This document shows, piece after piece, positions 10,277 through 21,891 of a stretch of 64,000 nucleotides of DNA. The DNA is from an uncultured Methylomirabilota bacterium. Its GTDB lineage: Bacteria; Methylomirabilota; Methylomirabilia; Methylomirabilales; 2-02-FULL-66-22. The notes beneath the pieces are model-generated. The model did not search any database. It saw only the letters and a program-made list of their open reading frames with translations, and had not been told where the DNA came from. The stretch spans positions 3,808,001 to 3,872,000 of the forward strand of contig OY970067.1 in the NCBI GenBank assembly GCA_963705305.1, in the 5' to 3' direction. The stretch's first letter is position 1. Each line of letters starts with the position of its first letter. The translations under genes and the position numbers were made by a program.

Positions 10277-10797
10277 TGTGGGCTAACGACCAGATCATGA
10301 GCAAAAGTCCGTGGGGAAAATGGGTGACACTCCGACACCGAGGGTCCCCGAAGGACCCGAAAGGAGTGTGACCCATGGAGAGGATCGGCAAGGCAGGAGG
10401 GAAGCGGCAACAGAGTCGGGGGCCGCGGAAGGCAACGCGGCGGGGCGGCGGGGCGGCGGGGCGCACCCCCACGTCCACCCGTTCGAGGTCCGGCGCAAAG
10501 CGGTGCAGCTCTGCCTGGAGGAAGGCTTCCCCGTCGACCAGGTGGCCCGTGAACTCGGCGTCGGCTTTAGTACGCTCGGGGCGTGGGTGCGCAGGTATCG
10601 CGCCCAGGGGGAAGCGGGCCTGCAGGCGAAGCCGACCGGGCGGGGCCGCCCGCGGCCCAAAGTGGCCCCGGCGGTGAAGGCGGAGGTCGTCGCCCTCAAG
10701 CGGCGCCACCCCGAGGCCGGGATCCAGAAGATCGGCCAATTCCTGCGGCGCGTGCTGTGCCTGCCGGTGAGCCGGAAGACGGTGCGCCGCACCCATG
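10277..10797 (+). mobile_element. IS481/IS3-like left end and truncated, frameshifted transposase
   Basis: Starts TGTGGG; HTH segment PFEVRRKAVQLCLEEG...WVRRYRAQGEAGL; no DDE domain. Confidence 0.75.
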
Positions 10798-10877
10798 GCC
10801 TCCGGAACGGCGTTCGGCTGGCGGGCCTAGCCGTGCACAGCGGCCCGGCGTTTGGCAGCGCATGGGCTAGACATGGG

Positions 10878-11321
10878 TCAGCCTCCATTCCCCTGGGCTT
10901 TCATCTTGCGCTTCCGCTGGCGCTCCGCGCTCCCGATGGTCGCCTGGATGACGGTCAGGAGGGCTTCGAACCGAAACGGCTTCGTGAGGCAGGACATGGC
11001 GCCGACCTCGTAGGCCCGGTGGTTGAGGGCGGCATCCTTCACCGCCGTCAGGACGATCACCGGGATCGGCGCGGTCAGGGGGGTCGCCTTCAGGTGCCGG
11101 CACACCTCGAACCCATCCATCCCGGGCATCAGGATATCCAGGAGGATCAGCGCCGGGCGCTCCTTGTCGGCCAGGGCGAGCCCCGCCTGCCCGTTCGTGG
11201 CTACAACGACCCGGTAGCCGCGGCCTTCCAAGACAGTCTTGCACATGCTGAGCACGAGCCGGTCATCATCGATGCAGAGGATCGTCGGACGGGCCCCGCC
11301 CGCCGGGGATTCAGCAGCCAT
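10878..11321 (-). CDS. Single-domain response regulator
   Basis: ILCIDDD, LLDILMPGMDG, VLTA, KPF. Confidence 0.9.
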   Translation of the reverse strand: MAAESPAGGARPTILCIDDDRLVLSMCKTVLEGRGYRVVVATNGQAGLALADKERPALILLDILMPGMDGFEVCRHLKATPLTAPIPVIVLTAVKDAALNHRAYEVGAMSCLTKPFRFEALLTVIQATIGSAERQRKRKMKAQGNGG

Positions 11322-11575
11322 GGGCTCATCTCCTCTCTGGGTCGCCACTCCCGGAGCGCAGCGCTGAGTAACTCGCCGCGCCAGCGCCGCGGGATACCTC
11401 CCCGGCCTGGTCGTCGGGAGCGGCTTTTCGGGAGCGGGCCGGAAACAGGCATGGTTTCAAAAGACGCGGCCCGGATTTCCCTTATCACCGAATTTCCTTC
11501 CAAGGGCCCCCGGGTATAGCCCATGCCTTCGTCCAGCAACACCCCCACCATCATCTTGCCCCCCCTTGATGGTGC

Positions 11576-11830
11576 CTACTCTTTGGGAGGCAAGTATCTC
11601 ATCGGCCCGCATGGCATCGTGCTCCAATTCTTCCGGGCCCGCGCCGCCTCGCAGCTCGGCGTCACCGGCAGCCCTCCGGGCGGGAGGACGTAGGTCGGTC
11701 CACGCGCGTCTAGCGGGGCGATCCAGGGAGGAGCAGGCGGAGATGGGGCGGGCGGTGCTTGGGGAGTGGGCGCTGTAACGGCCGCTGCCGCGAGCGTCAG
11801 GCCAAGAGCCAGGACCGCTTTCACGTTCAT
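11576..11830 (-). CDS. Small secreted Pro-rich hypothetical protein
   Basis: Signal-peptide-like N-terminus; ATGA overlap with the upstream gene; two Cys. Confidence 0.55.
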   Translation of the reverse strand: MNVKAVLALGLTLAAAAVTAPTPQAPPAPSPPAPPWIAPLDARGPTYVLPPGGLPVTPSCEAARARKNWSTMPCGPMRYLPPKE

Positions 11831-13167
11831 CGCTCCGCCCCGGCTTCACTGTGCGCCTTCTCGGAGGCTGTCCCCCGCGCCGCCCGCTCGATCATGGCAC
11901 CGGTGAGGATCGCATCCGGCACGGCCAGGACGATCGGCTGCGCGCGGCCGTCCAGGATGACGGTGACCTGCTTTGCGTCCGGATCCGCCTCCACCTCAAG
12001 CACCTTCTGGAGCGGGTAACTGGTGGAGCCGTCGCCGACCAGGAGAAGGCGCTTGGAGGTGACGTAGAGCGAGCCGGCCATCGTTGGGATGAGGCGCGCA
12101 GCCTCCTGCTGGTCACTGCTCCCCGCACGGATCCGCGCGCCACGCCGCTCCAGGAGCTGCATCGGTGCCATCCGGTAGCACACCTCACCTTGGTGGAGCG
12201 CGACCTTCACGGGGATCGGCTGGAGCGCGCCGTCCCGGATCCGTCGGGCCTCGTGCAGTTGCTCGATCATGGCCAGCTCGGGCGTGATGGCCGCGGCCGG
12301 GATCCCCAGCGCCGCCTGGAAGCCGCGGAGCGTCCTCTCCTCGGCCTCGGTCAACGTGTGATCGCTCACGGCGGTCAGGTAGTGCCGCCGGAAGGCCTCG
12401 AGCTTGGCCGCCTCCAGCACCGGGGACGGCAACTCCAGCAGGCGCGTCACCTGGGTGATCGCCTCCTGCGCCGGGGCCGCGAGCGTGCCATCCTCCATCA
12501 CGCCCTGGAGGAACGCGCGGAAGGCCGCGCCGTGGAGCGCCTGCAGTTGGTCCGGGCGGAAGCGGCCGGCCCGGCGGAGCTCTCGCACGGCTGCAAGGTC
12601 TCGCGGGGGGAAGGGTGGCTTACTCTGCAGCAGGGCGAGGAGGCGGGTCGCGTACCCACTCAGCCGGCGCGTGTAGACGCGGTCGGTCAGGTGCATCCAG
12701 ATCGCGAGCGCGACCGCGGCCACCGCCAGGGGCGCCGCCACCAAGCACAGGTCGGCGTCGAGAGAAAGGAGCATCACCAGCGGGCCGACGACGAGCGGAA
12801 TGCGGGCGAGCCCGCCATAGCGCGTGGCCTGGACGTCCACGTGCGGGGTGGGGCCAGGGGCAACCGTGAGCTCGGGGGCGGGCGGCGCGACCGCCGCCGA
12901 CGAGGCTGCCGGGGGCTCTGGCGGGAGGACATGCCCAGGAGGCGCGCTCCCCCGGCGCTCAGGTGTCTCTGCCTTCCGGGCGGGGGCATGGTGATGGCCG
13001 ACGTACTCCCGCACGTACAGGCCGCCCCGGCCGGCGTGCAGGTAGGTCCCCCGGGGGCCTGCGCCGATCCGGAGGCCCTTCACGCCGACGGAGATCCCCA
13101 GGCCACCCTTGGAGAGGTTCAGACGAAGCGGTCCGAAGGAGAAAGCCTTCCTGATGTAAAAGCCCAT
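11827..13167 (-). CDS. DUF4236-domain membrane protein with TerB-like helical and PH-like C-terminal regions
   Basis: MGFYIRKAFSFGPLRLNLSKGGLGISVGVKG (DUF4236 signature); 2 TM segments; GSLYVTSKRLLL. Confidence 0.8.
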   Translation of the reverse strand: MGFYIRKAFSFGPLRLNLSKGGLGISVGVKGLRIGAGPRGTYLHAGRGGLYVREYVGHHHAPARKAETPERRGSAPPGHVLPPEPPAASSAAVAPPAPELTVAPGPTPHVDVQATRYGGLARIPLVVGPLVMLLSLDADLCLVAAPLAVAAVALAIWMHLTDRVYTRRLSGYATRLLALLQSKPPFPPRDLAAVRELRRAGRFRPDQLQALHGAAFRAFLQGVMEDGTLAAPAQEAITQVTRLLELPSPVLEAAKLEAFRRHYLTAVSDHTLTEAEERTLRGFQAALGIPAAAITPELAMIEQLHEARRIRDGALQPIPVKVALHQGEVCYRMAPMQLLERRGARIRAGSSDQQEAARLIPTMAGSLYVTSKRLLLVGDGSTSYPLQKVLEVEADPDAKQVTVILDGRAQPIVLAVPDAILTGAMIERAARGTASEKAHSEAGAER

Positions 13168-13422
13168 CCGCGCCTCCAGGTCGTCGATCAGTCAAACTAT
13201 TTGTCGGTATTGATCCTTTCAGTAGCGAGGCCGGCAAAAATGCCCGAGTCGTCGATCCCGCTCACCCTGTGCATACCTCTGCACTACCTACGCATCGCGA
13301 TGAACTTGAATGGCGAAGTCTAGCCAGGCCGGCCAGGACTGGCTCTTCGGGAGCGACCCTAGGCCGGGGAAGCTGAACCTATCTCAATCTAACCGCGGTT
13401 CCGTCAGCCCATCCCCGGCAAG

Positions 13423-13620
13423 CTAGCTCTGCTTCATCGGCAACAATCTCCAGCCTCCTTTTACCTCCGAGTACTGGTACACTCTTCCGTCTGTCGTCAG
13501 ACCATACACATTGTTGTTCCCCGCCGATATCTGTGTGAACCTAAGCTCCCCGCCTTGTACCTCCTCCACCGCCCTCGCCATCTCCGCCATCTCCCCCACC
13601 TCCTCCCTTTCCGCGTCCAC
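13423..13620 (-). CDS. Small hypothetical protein
   Basis: LRFTQISAG...VYGLTTDGRVYQY; start uncertain. Confidence 0.45.
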   Translation of the reverse strand: MDAEREEVGEMAEMARAVEEVQGGELRFTQISAGNNNVYGLTTDGRVYQYSEVKGGWRLLPMKQS

Positions 13621-13732
13621 CTCTCACATCAAACAATGCTGTGCCCCTGGAGCCGGTGGGGGGGCATAGGCCGACCCCCTCGCCTCCCTTAGGGAGTCCC
13701 CTGGCGAAGTCCCGGGCTGCGGCCCGACTGGA

Positions 13733-14119
13733 TCACCGCTCCTCCGCCAAGGAGGCCGGCGGCTGCTCCCCCGCCGGGACCTCCGCGGCGGCAAAGGTGG
13801 CAACGAAGTCCCCGGGCAGTTCGTCCTTGAAGGCGACTCCGGCCGCTCCATAGCCCGCCAGGAAGGCCCGATCGACCCACGCGACCCGGCCCACGACCGT
13901 GAGGGCGGCTCGGCCATAGGGGTGGAGGGTGACGCGCACCGGGGCCCCGGGGTCTAGGACCCCGAAGAGCTGGAGCGACAAGCCTCCCCGGCTGAGATTC
14001 ACGATCCGCCCCGGCTGGGGCCGGCCCGCCGTCACCGCCGCCTCGACGGTGGCCGGGACACGAATGGGATACCGGGGGTCGTCGGCGCGTCGGCGGGAGA
14101 CGTCTCCTGCGTTCGGCAT
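13733..14119 (-). CDS. PilZ domain protein
   Basis: RADDPRY (RxxxR) and NLSRGG (NxSxxG) motifs. Confidence 0.85.
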   Translation of the reverse strand: MPNAGDVSRRRADDPRYPIRVPATVEAAVTAGRPQPGRIVNLSRGGLSLQLFGVLDPGAPVRVTLHPYGRAALTVVGRVAWVDRAFLAGYGAAGVAFKDELPGDFVATFAAAEVPAGEQPPASLAEER

Positions 14120-14663
14120 CAGGTGCTCCCCCCTCTCGGCGTGCAGCGGGAGGAGCCGGGGTGGCCGACCCTTCCCGCAAGGCGAGGGTGAAACCTGGGA
14201 GCTCGGGCAGAAACCTATTCCTCGCGGTCCCCAATGTCAACAGCGATCCCGGACCGACGGGGATACGAGGCCAGTCCCCCAGGACGCGGCCCCATGCGTG
14301 AAAGCTCCCCACCACGGAGCCCCTCAGGGTGCGCCTGAGATTGCCGGTGGCGTGCAGGAAAATTAGGGCCGCAACTCGCAACAATTTGCACCCTGTTTCT
14401 CCCACTTACGGGTCCATGGCAGGGCCAACTCGCACCACTTCGGCCCTTCCGTTGCCAGTTCGGTTGCCATTGGGAGCCGGTCGTGCCCAGAGACTAACTG
14501 TCATCAACCGAAACATTCATTTGTCGAGAGCAACTACGAAAGCCGGAACCAACCGTCCGGTGTTTCACGGGAGAGGCGGTTGTCTACGGCCCAAAGAGGC
14601 CCCGATCCCTTACGGGGCGGCCATGCTTACATTGTGAGGACTGGTGCCGGGGGGCGGACTACC

Positions 14664-14837
14664 TGGGCTAACGACCAGATCATGAGCAAAAGTCCGTGAG
14701 GAAAATGGGTGACACTCCGACACCGAGGTTCCCAGGAGGAACCGAAAGGAGTGTGACCCATGGAGAGGATCGGCAAGGCAGGAGGGAAGCGGAAGCAGAG
14801 CCGGGGGCCGCGGAAGGCAACGCGGCGGGGCGGCGGG
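14664..14837 (+). mobile_element. Second copy of the IS left end (remnant)
   Basis: Highly similar to 10279-10455. Confidence 0.8.
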
Positions 14838-14959
14838 AGATCCTGTGGCGCGAGATCGAGGAGGCGGAGACCACCCGGCGGGGAATACTCCAGTTGAGCC
14901 TCGCAAGTCTTGGGACGGCCCCTCGGGGGTCTCACGGAAAAGCTGCGGACTGGGATCAT

Positions 14960-15172
14960 AGTCCGTTTTCGTTCGGTGAAGCGATCAGGGCGTCCGTGCA
15001 GACGATCATGGTAACCGAAGACGGCTCGCTGAGGCTCCAGCTGAAACCACAGGGCCTGCTAGGGACTCAGACACCCATCGCGGATGCAGGTTGCCGGGGG
15101 ACCGGACCCATCCTGGAGCGAACCATCCGATCCGCCACGGGACGACAGTGGAGGGCAATCGGCACAAGATAG
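14960..15172 (+). pseudogene. Possible C-terminal fragment of a large serine recombinase
   Basis: EAIRASVQTIMVTEDGSLRLQLKPQGLLG resembles LSR C-termini; no catalytic part. Confidence 0.3.
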
Positions 15173-15380
15173 ATGGCCGGGGGATTCACCACCAATTGAG
15201 CGGTACGGAAAGCCCGGGTCTATTCCCAAGGGGATCCCTTCGGAAGCAAGGAATGAGACCCGCCGCAGAATCTGGCATGCCCGGAATTGCCGGAAGGGCC
15301 TCCCACTTTCTGGCTCGCGGGAGGCGGGCGCCGGACGATACATTCGAGGGCGCGATGCTCGGGAATCTCGCCGCGGGGGA

Positions 15381-16781
15381 TCAAGCCTGCGGGGGCTCAA
15401 GCGTCATCGGGGACGGAGTCTCCCGCTTCCGCAGTCCGTAATACAGCCCGCCCGCCACAAGCATGCCAATGTAATAGGCGAGGTCGGCCCCGTGCAGCAG
15501 CCTGGCGACCGGCCCGGTGAAGAGCGAGGAGTTCATGAACGGGAGGGAAGCGACCAGCCCAGCCAGGAACGCCGCGAGCCCCGGCCACTCGACCGCCCGA
15601 GGCGCCGCCGGCGAGGAGTCAGGGCGCGCCTGCGGGCCCTGCCCCGGGCGCAGGAAGAAATCGACCACGATGACGGCCCACCAGGGGCCAATCCAGTACG
15701 AGAGGAGCAGCAGGAAGGTCTCGTACTTGCTGGCGAGGCCGTGGACCCCGTACAGGGCCAGCGCCCCCCCCAGCACGCCGACGGCGACGACGGACACCCA
15801 GCGGCGCACGGGCACATCCAGGGTGAGCAGGGAGAGCGCGCCGGTGTAGATGTTCAGGGCATTGGCCGTGATGGTCCCCAGGACGATGGCCAGCAGGGCC
15901 GGGAGCCAAAAGCGGCCCATCACCTTGACGACCAGGTCGATGGGCGCCAAATGGAAGCCGATCGTCGCCACCGCCGCCCCCAGGACTTGCAGCCAGACGC
16001 ACCCAAGGAACGAGCCGGCAAACACGGCCGCGAAGACGCGACGCTTGGAGGTGGTCGCCGGGAGGTAGCGCGCGTAGTCGGCGGCGTAGGGCGACCAGCT
16101 GAACACATAGGACGCCACTGCCGTCATAACGAGAATGGAGATCCCCAGGTGATCGGCCGGCGCCAGGCGCGACACCACGCCCAGGTGCGCCTGCGGGAGG
16201 CCAACGCCCAGCATGAGGAGAAAGATCCCCGCCAGGAAGATGGCGCTCGCGGCCTCGAAGCGGTGGATCAGGTTGTAGCCGTAGATCCCGAGGAGCATCT
16301 GCCCGGCCGTGAGGACGAGCAGGGCCGCCCCGAACGGCAGGAGCGCCAGGCGCGCGAGGGCTAGAGCGCCGAGGATGCTGTTGACGGCGTACCAGCCGCT
16401 GGCGCTGACCCAGTTCAGCAGGGCCGGCAGATACACCGCCCGGCCCCCGAAGCTCCCGCGGGTAAACGGCAGCTGCGGCATGCCGATCGCCGGCCCCATG
16501 CTGGCGGTGATCGCCAGGATGGCGCAGCCCAGCACGTTGCCGAGCACAATGACGGCGACCCCATCCGCGAAGCCCAGCCCTAAGAGAATGGGCAAGGCGC
16601 CCACCAGCCACACCGGGAGCCCCATGTTGGCCGAGAACCAGAGGGTGAAGAGCGCCCGGACGCTCCCGTGCCGCTCCTCTCCTGCAATGTACTCGATGCC
16701 GTACGGCTCGACGGTGAGCACCTGTCCGCGATAGGATGTCTTGGTGGCCGGGCCGGTAGCCCCGGATCTGGTCGTGGCCAT
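15381..16781 (-). CDS. NCS1 purine-cytosine permease family transporter, probably thiamine/HMP salvage
   Basis: VEPYGIEYI, WFSAN, SWSPYAADYARY, ~12 TM; downstream of thiC under a TPP riboswitch. Confidence 0.88.
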   Translation of the reverse strand: MATTRSGATGPATKTSYRGQVLTVEPYGIEYIAGEERHGSVRALFTLWFSANMGLPVWLVGALPILLGLGFADGVAVIVLGNVLGCAILAITASMGPAIGMPQLPFTRGSFGGRAVYLPALLNWVSASGWYAVNSILGALALARLALLPFGAALLVLTAGQMLLGIYGYNLIHRFEAASAIFLAGIFLLMLGVGLPQAHLGVVSRLAPADHLGISILVMTAVASYVFSWSPYAADYARYLPATTSKRRVFAAVFAGSFLGCVWLQVLGAAVATIGFHLAPIDLVVKVMGRFWLPALLAIVLGTITANALNIYTGALSLLTLDVPVRRWVSVVAVGVLGGALALYGVHGLASKYETFLLLLSYWIGPWWAVIVVDFFLRPGQGPQARPDSSPAAPRAVEWPGLAAFLAGLVASLPFMNSSLFTGPVARLLHGADLAYYIGMLVAGGLYYGLRKRETPSPMTLEPPQA

Positions 16782-16871
16782 GCGGTCTCTCCTCTCGCCC
16801 TGGGCCGCGGTGTTCGGCGGTTCCGGCCGGGAGGCGGGGAGAGCGGCCCCCGCTCCCGGGCAGGGGGCTCC

Positions 16872-18556
<1,685 letters not shown>

Positions 18557-18876
18557 CCCGTTTGTGACGGAAACACCGTAGCATCCTTGCGCGCGCCCGT
18601 CAACGCTCCGGCCGCCGTCGCCACTCCCCAGGTCTTGAACGCCTCCAGCTCCCGCGTGGACACGGCACCGCAGCTGGGACGACTTCACCCTGGCCCACGT
18701 TAAAGGATTTTCATCTGCGGTTAATCCTACTCTCATGTTGGCGCAGTATGGTCGCAGCGGCAGTCGGGCGGCCGGGGGTCCGACAAGTCCGCACGTGCCG
18801 GCCCGGAGCAAGAGGGGGCCCGCGCGGTGGCCGCGCGGCGCGGGGGGGATGGAGGGAAGATCTGGAGGGCCACCCG

Positions 18877-19863
18877 ATGACGGGGAACCATTCGCCGGGA
18901 ACAGCATCCTTGGGCCGGGCGACGGATCCGCTGTGGATCGTGGTTTTGGCGGGCGGGGAGGGCCGGCGCCTCAAGGCGTTCCTCCGCACCGTCCTTGGCG
19001 ACAGCCGGCCGAAGCAGTTCTGCCAGATCATCGGGGGGCGCTCCATGCTCCGCCACACCTGGGACCGTGCCCGCCGCCTGGTGCCGGCGCACCGCCTCGT
19101 CACCGTCATCACGGCGGGGCAGGAACGGTTCATGGCGGCGGAGGCGGGCCAGGGGATCCCGGGGCGCGTGCTGGTGCAGCCCATGAACCGCGAGACCGGG
19201 CCGGGGCTGCTGCTCCCCGTGCTCTGGATCGCGCACCGGGACCCGACCGCCAGCCTGGCCGTCTTCCCGGCGGACCAGTTCGTCTGGGAGGAGTCCCGCT
19301 TCCTGGCCCACGTGGCCGAGGCCGTGGTCCTCAGCCGGCGCCGGCCGGACCGGCTCGTCCTGCTGGGCATCGAGCCGGCGGGGCCCGAGCCCGGCTACGG
19401 GTGGATCGAGCCGGGTGCCCCCTGCGAGGGCGCCTTGCCCCAGCGTGAGGTCTACACAGTCGCCAACTTCTGGGAGAAGCCCGACGGGGCGCTGGTGCGC
19501 CAGCTCCAGGCGGCGGGGTGCTTCTGGAACAGCTTCGTCATGGCCGGCACTGTCCACGCCTTCTTGCGCGTGGCCGCCGCCCACCAGCCGGAGGTCGTGG
19601 AGACCCTCCAGGCGGCGCGCCCGTGGTTCGACACTGCGGCCGTGCGGCCGGCGGTGGCCGCGGCGTACCGCCGCCTCCGACCGATGGACTTCTCCCGGGA
19701 CGTCCTGACGCCGGGGCGAGACGCCCTGCTGGTGCAGCCCGGCCGGGGGCTCACGTGGTCCGACTGGGGGGAGCCCGCGCGTATCCTCCAGACGCTCCAC
19801 CAGCTCGGCCGCCGCCCACCCTGGCTCCCCGCCGCCCCGTCCCACCTGGCCCCGGTGGGGTAG
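18877..19863 (+). CDS. Mannose-1-phosphate guanylyltransferase-like nucleotidyltransferase
   Basis: VVLAGGEGRRL, PKQF, QPMNRET, FPADQ, YGWIE, FWEKP, WSDWG. Confidence 0.85.
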   Translation: MTGNHSPGTASLGRATDPLWIVVLAGGEGRRLKAFLRTVLGDSRPKQFCQIIGGRSMLRHTWDRARRLVPAHRLVTVITAGQERFMAAEAGQGIPGRVLVQPMNRETGPGLLLPVLWIAHRDPTASLAVFPADQFVWEESRFLAHVAEAVVLSRRRPDRLVLLGIEPAGPEPGYGWIEPGAPCEGALPQREVYTVANFWEKPDGALVRQLQAAGCFWNSFVMAGTVHAFLRVAAAHQPEVVETLQAARPWFDTAAVRPAVAAAYRRLRPMDFSRDVLTPGRDALLVQPGRGLTWSDWGEPARILQTLHQLGRRPPWLPAAPSHLAPVG

Positions 19864-19865
19864 CC

Positions 19866-19985
19866 GTGCATGCGGCGGGCTGTGGACGCGCCGCCACCCT
19901 GCTGGCGTGGCTCCTGGTGGCGGGGGGCCTCCTCTTCGTTCGGCTGGGGACTCCCGGGCTCTTCGACGCGGACGAGCCGGCCATC
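19866..19985 (+). pseudogene. N-terminal stub of an ArnT/GT39-type glycosyltransferase
   Basis: LLFVRLGTPGLFDADEPA, after which similarity ends. Confidence 0.5.
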
Positions 19986-20614
19986 GGGTCGAATCGGCGC
20001 AGGGCCAAGCGGGCGAAAGGGAGTACAGGTCCGGTGGGCTCCGGCCTTCCGGTCCGCGAGGCCCTGGGTGCGGCGCTCCTCCTCCGCGTGGCCGGGGCCT
20101 TGCTGTCGAGCCTTACTGTTTCTTCGGGGCTGGGAGGGCCCAGGATGGGCGACCGTTGATGACTGGCTCCCGCGCGCGGGCCCGGTCGTCTTCCCGGCCG
20201 GTGGCCTCCCGTCTGCACGCTCGCCGCACCACCCCCTGGGCTGCGGGCTGCGGCGGGTCGATCGGCCACTCCACGAGCCAGGGCCACGGGGGGAACGCGA
20301 GGGGTCCAGACCGGGCGCCCTGCTTTCCTTCCGCACCCGTGACCGATTCAGAACGCGAGAGGAGCGCCCGCCCCTCGCGTCCGGCGGACCGACAGGCATC
20401 GTCTTGACACGGTGCCCTACCCGGAACAGGGTCCGGTGTGGCCCGCGCGGCCGCCAGCCCGAGTGGGTGTGAGGCGGGGGCTGCACGGGGACCGGCAGGG
20501 GTCGCCCGAGGCGACGCGCCCCTCCCCACTCGGCGGGACCCCGGGTGGCGTAGGACCGCCCCAGCGACAGGCCGGGGGAACGGGGATGGCTCGAACAAGA
20601 AGGAGGAGAACACG

Positions 20615-20845
20615 ATGAAACGCGAGTACTGGTTTGCCATCATCGCCCTAGTGGTCGGGCTGGTGATCGGCTACGGGGTCTGGGGCACCAAGGCGGCGCA
20701 GGTGGCAAACCTCACCACGCAGGTCCAGCAGCTCACGCAGGAGAATACGGATCTGAAAGCGAAGCTCGCCGCGGTGCCGGCCCCGGCGCCCGCCAGCGCC
20801 CCCGCGGCGGCCCCCAGCGGAACGTCGGAGCAGAAAGCGCAGTGA
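20615..20845 (+). CDS. Small membrane-anchored coiled-coil hypothetical protein
   Basis: AGGAGGAG RBS; TM segment followed by heptad QVQQLTQENTDLKAKL. Confidence 0.7.
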   Translation: MKREYWFAIIALVVGLVIGYGVWGTKAAQVANLTTQVQQLTQENTDLKAKLAAVPAPAPASAPAAAPSGTSEQKAQ

Positions 20846-21329
20846 CGCCGGCCGGCCGGCGAGGAGCCGAGGCCCCGCGCGTCCTCGCCGGCCCTCCGGC
20901 TCTCTGTCTCTGCTCGGGCGCGCGGCCGGAAGCCCAGGGGAAATCTCAACGCAGAGAGGCACACCGGGGATCTCCGATCACGGGGAGAAGGCGTCCGAGA
21001 CGAACCCCCGACGAGAGCCACGGAACCACCGACCCTCCTCTGATGCGGCGGTCAGGAGTCACTTTCCGACGGGAGCCAGGCGGAATCGACCCTTACTACT
21101 CAATGCGCGGTCCGGGGGAGGGAATCGAACCCTTATGCGATCCTTGGGCGGGCAATACGAGCCCCGCTTATACAGATCGGCTCGGGGTTGCGAACACTCT
21201 CGAATGGGCCGAGCAGTGGCAAGGGACTCGGTGTTGCACGCGAGAGTGGGTCAAGGACTCGCAACACTTCCTGACGGAATTGCTGGACTTCCGGAGCGCC
21301 GGAGGAGCCAACTCGCACCAGTTTTCCTA

Positions 21330-21660
21330 TTCTGTTGCGGGTTCTGGAAAGCCTTCGCCAGGGCATTGGCGGCCCGGAGCTTATCCTCCTTGGTGACCTT
21401 GGTGTAGATCGTGGTGGTCTTGATGCTCGCGTGCACCACTTACTCCTGGACGACCTCCATGTCGTTCCCGCTGGCCCGGGAGAGATGCGTGGCATAAGTG
21501 CGCCGGCAGGCGCGGCTGGCGTACTGAGGATCCAGGCCCCCGGCGGTCTACTCTGGGCCCTACTCCTGATCTGCTCCCCCTCTGGCCAGACGTTCACGGA
21601 GAAGCAGGTTGCACGTCATCGGGGGAGCTGCCTCTCCCGAGATCGCCGCCGGGCACTCAA
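21330..21660 (-). pseudogene. XerD-like tyrosine recombinase C-terminal remnant (copy A)
   Basis: HASIKTTTIY..VTKEDKLRAANAL; stop codon and deletions; similar to 25640-26100. Confidence 0.75.
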
Positions 21661-21891
21661 GGCTACTCGGCCCAGCGGGGAGGGGTGTGGCAGGGGGCGC
21701 GAGCCGAAGGGGGGTTCCACGACCGACCAGCCCGCCGACCGCGGGACCTTCGTCCGGGAATGCAGAGGAATACGGCGAGGCGGGTTGACCTTCGTGGAAG
21801 TGCGTGGCACCCTTCCTCCGTCGTGCGGCAGGTCGCATCCGCGGGGGGACGTCTCGTTCTCGTCAGCTCCGGCTGGCAAGGGAGGATCCGC

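Noticed and set aside
10311..11519. 402-aa transposase
   Set aside because: Only the HTH part is transposase-like; the rest is antisense to the response regulator
14140..14210. c-di-GMP riboswitch near the PilZ gene
   Set aside because: A hairpin is present but GEMM consensus elements are missing and the strand does not fit
21070..21180. Complete tRNA gene
   Set aside because: Only a T-arm-like piece is present; no D-arm, anticodon arm or 5' acceptor strand
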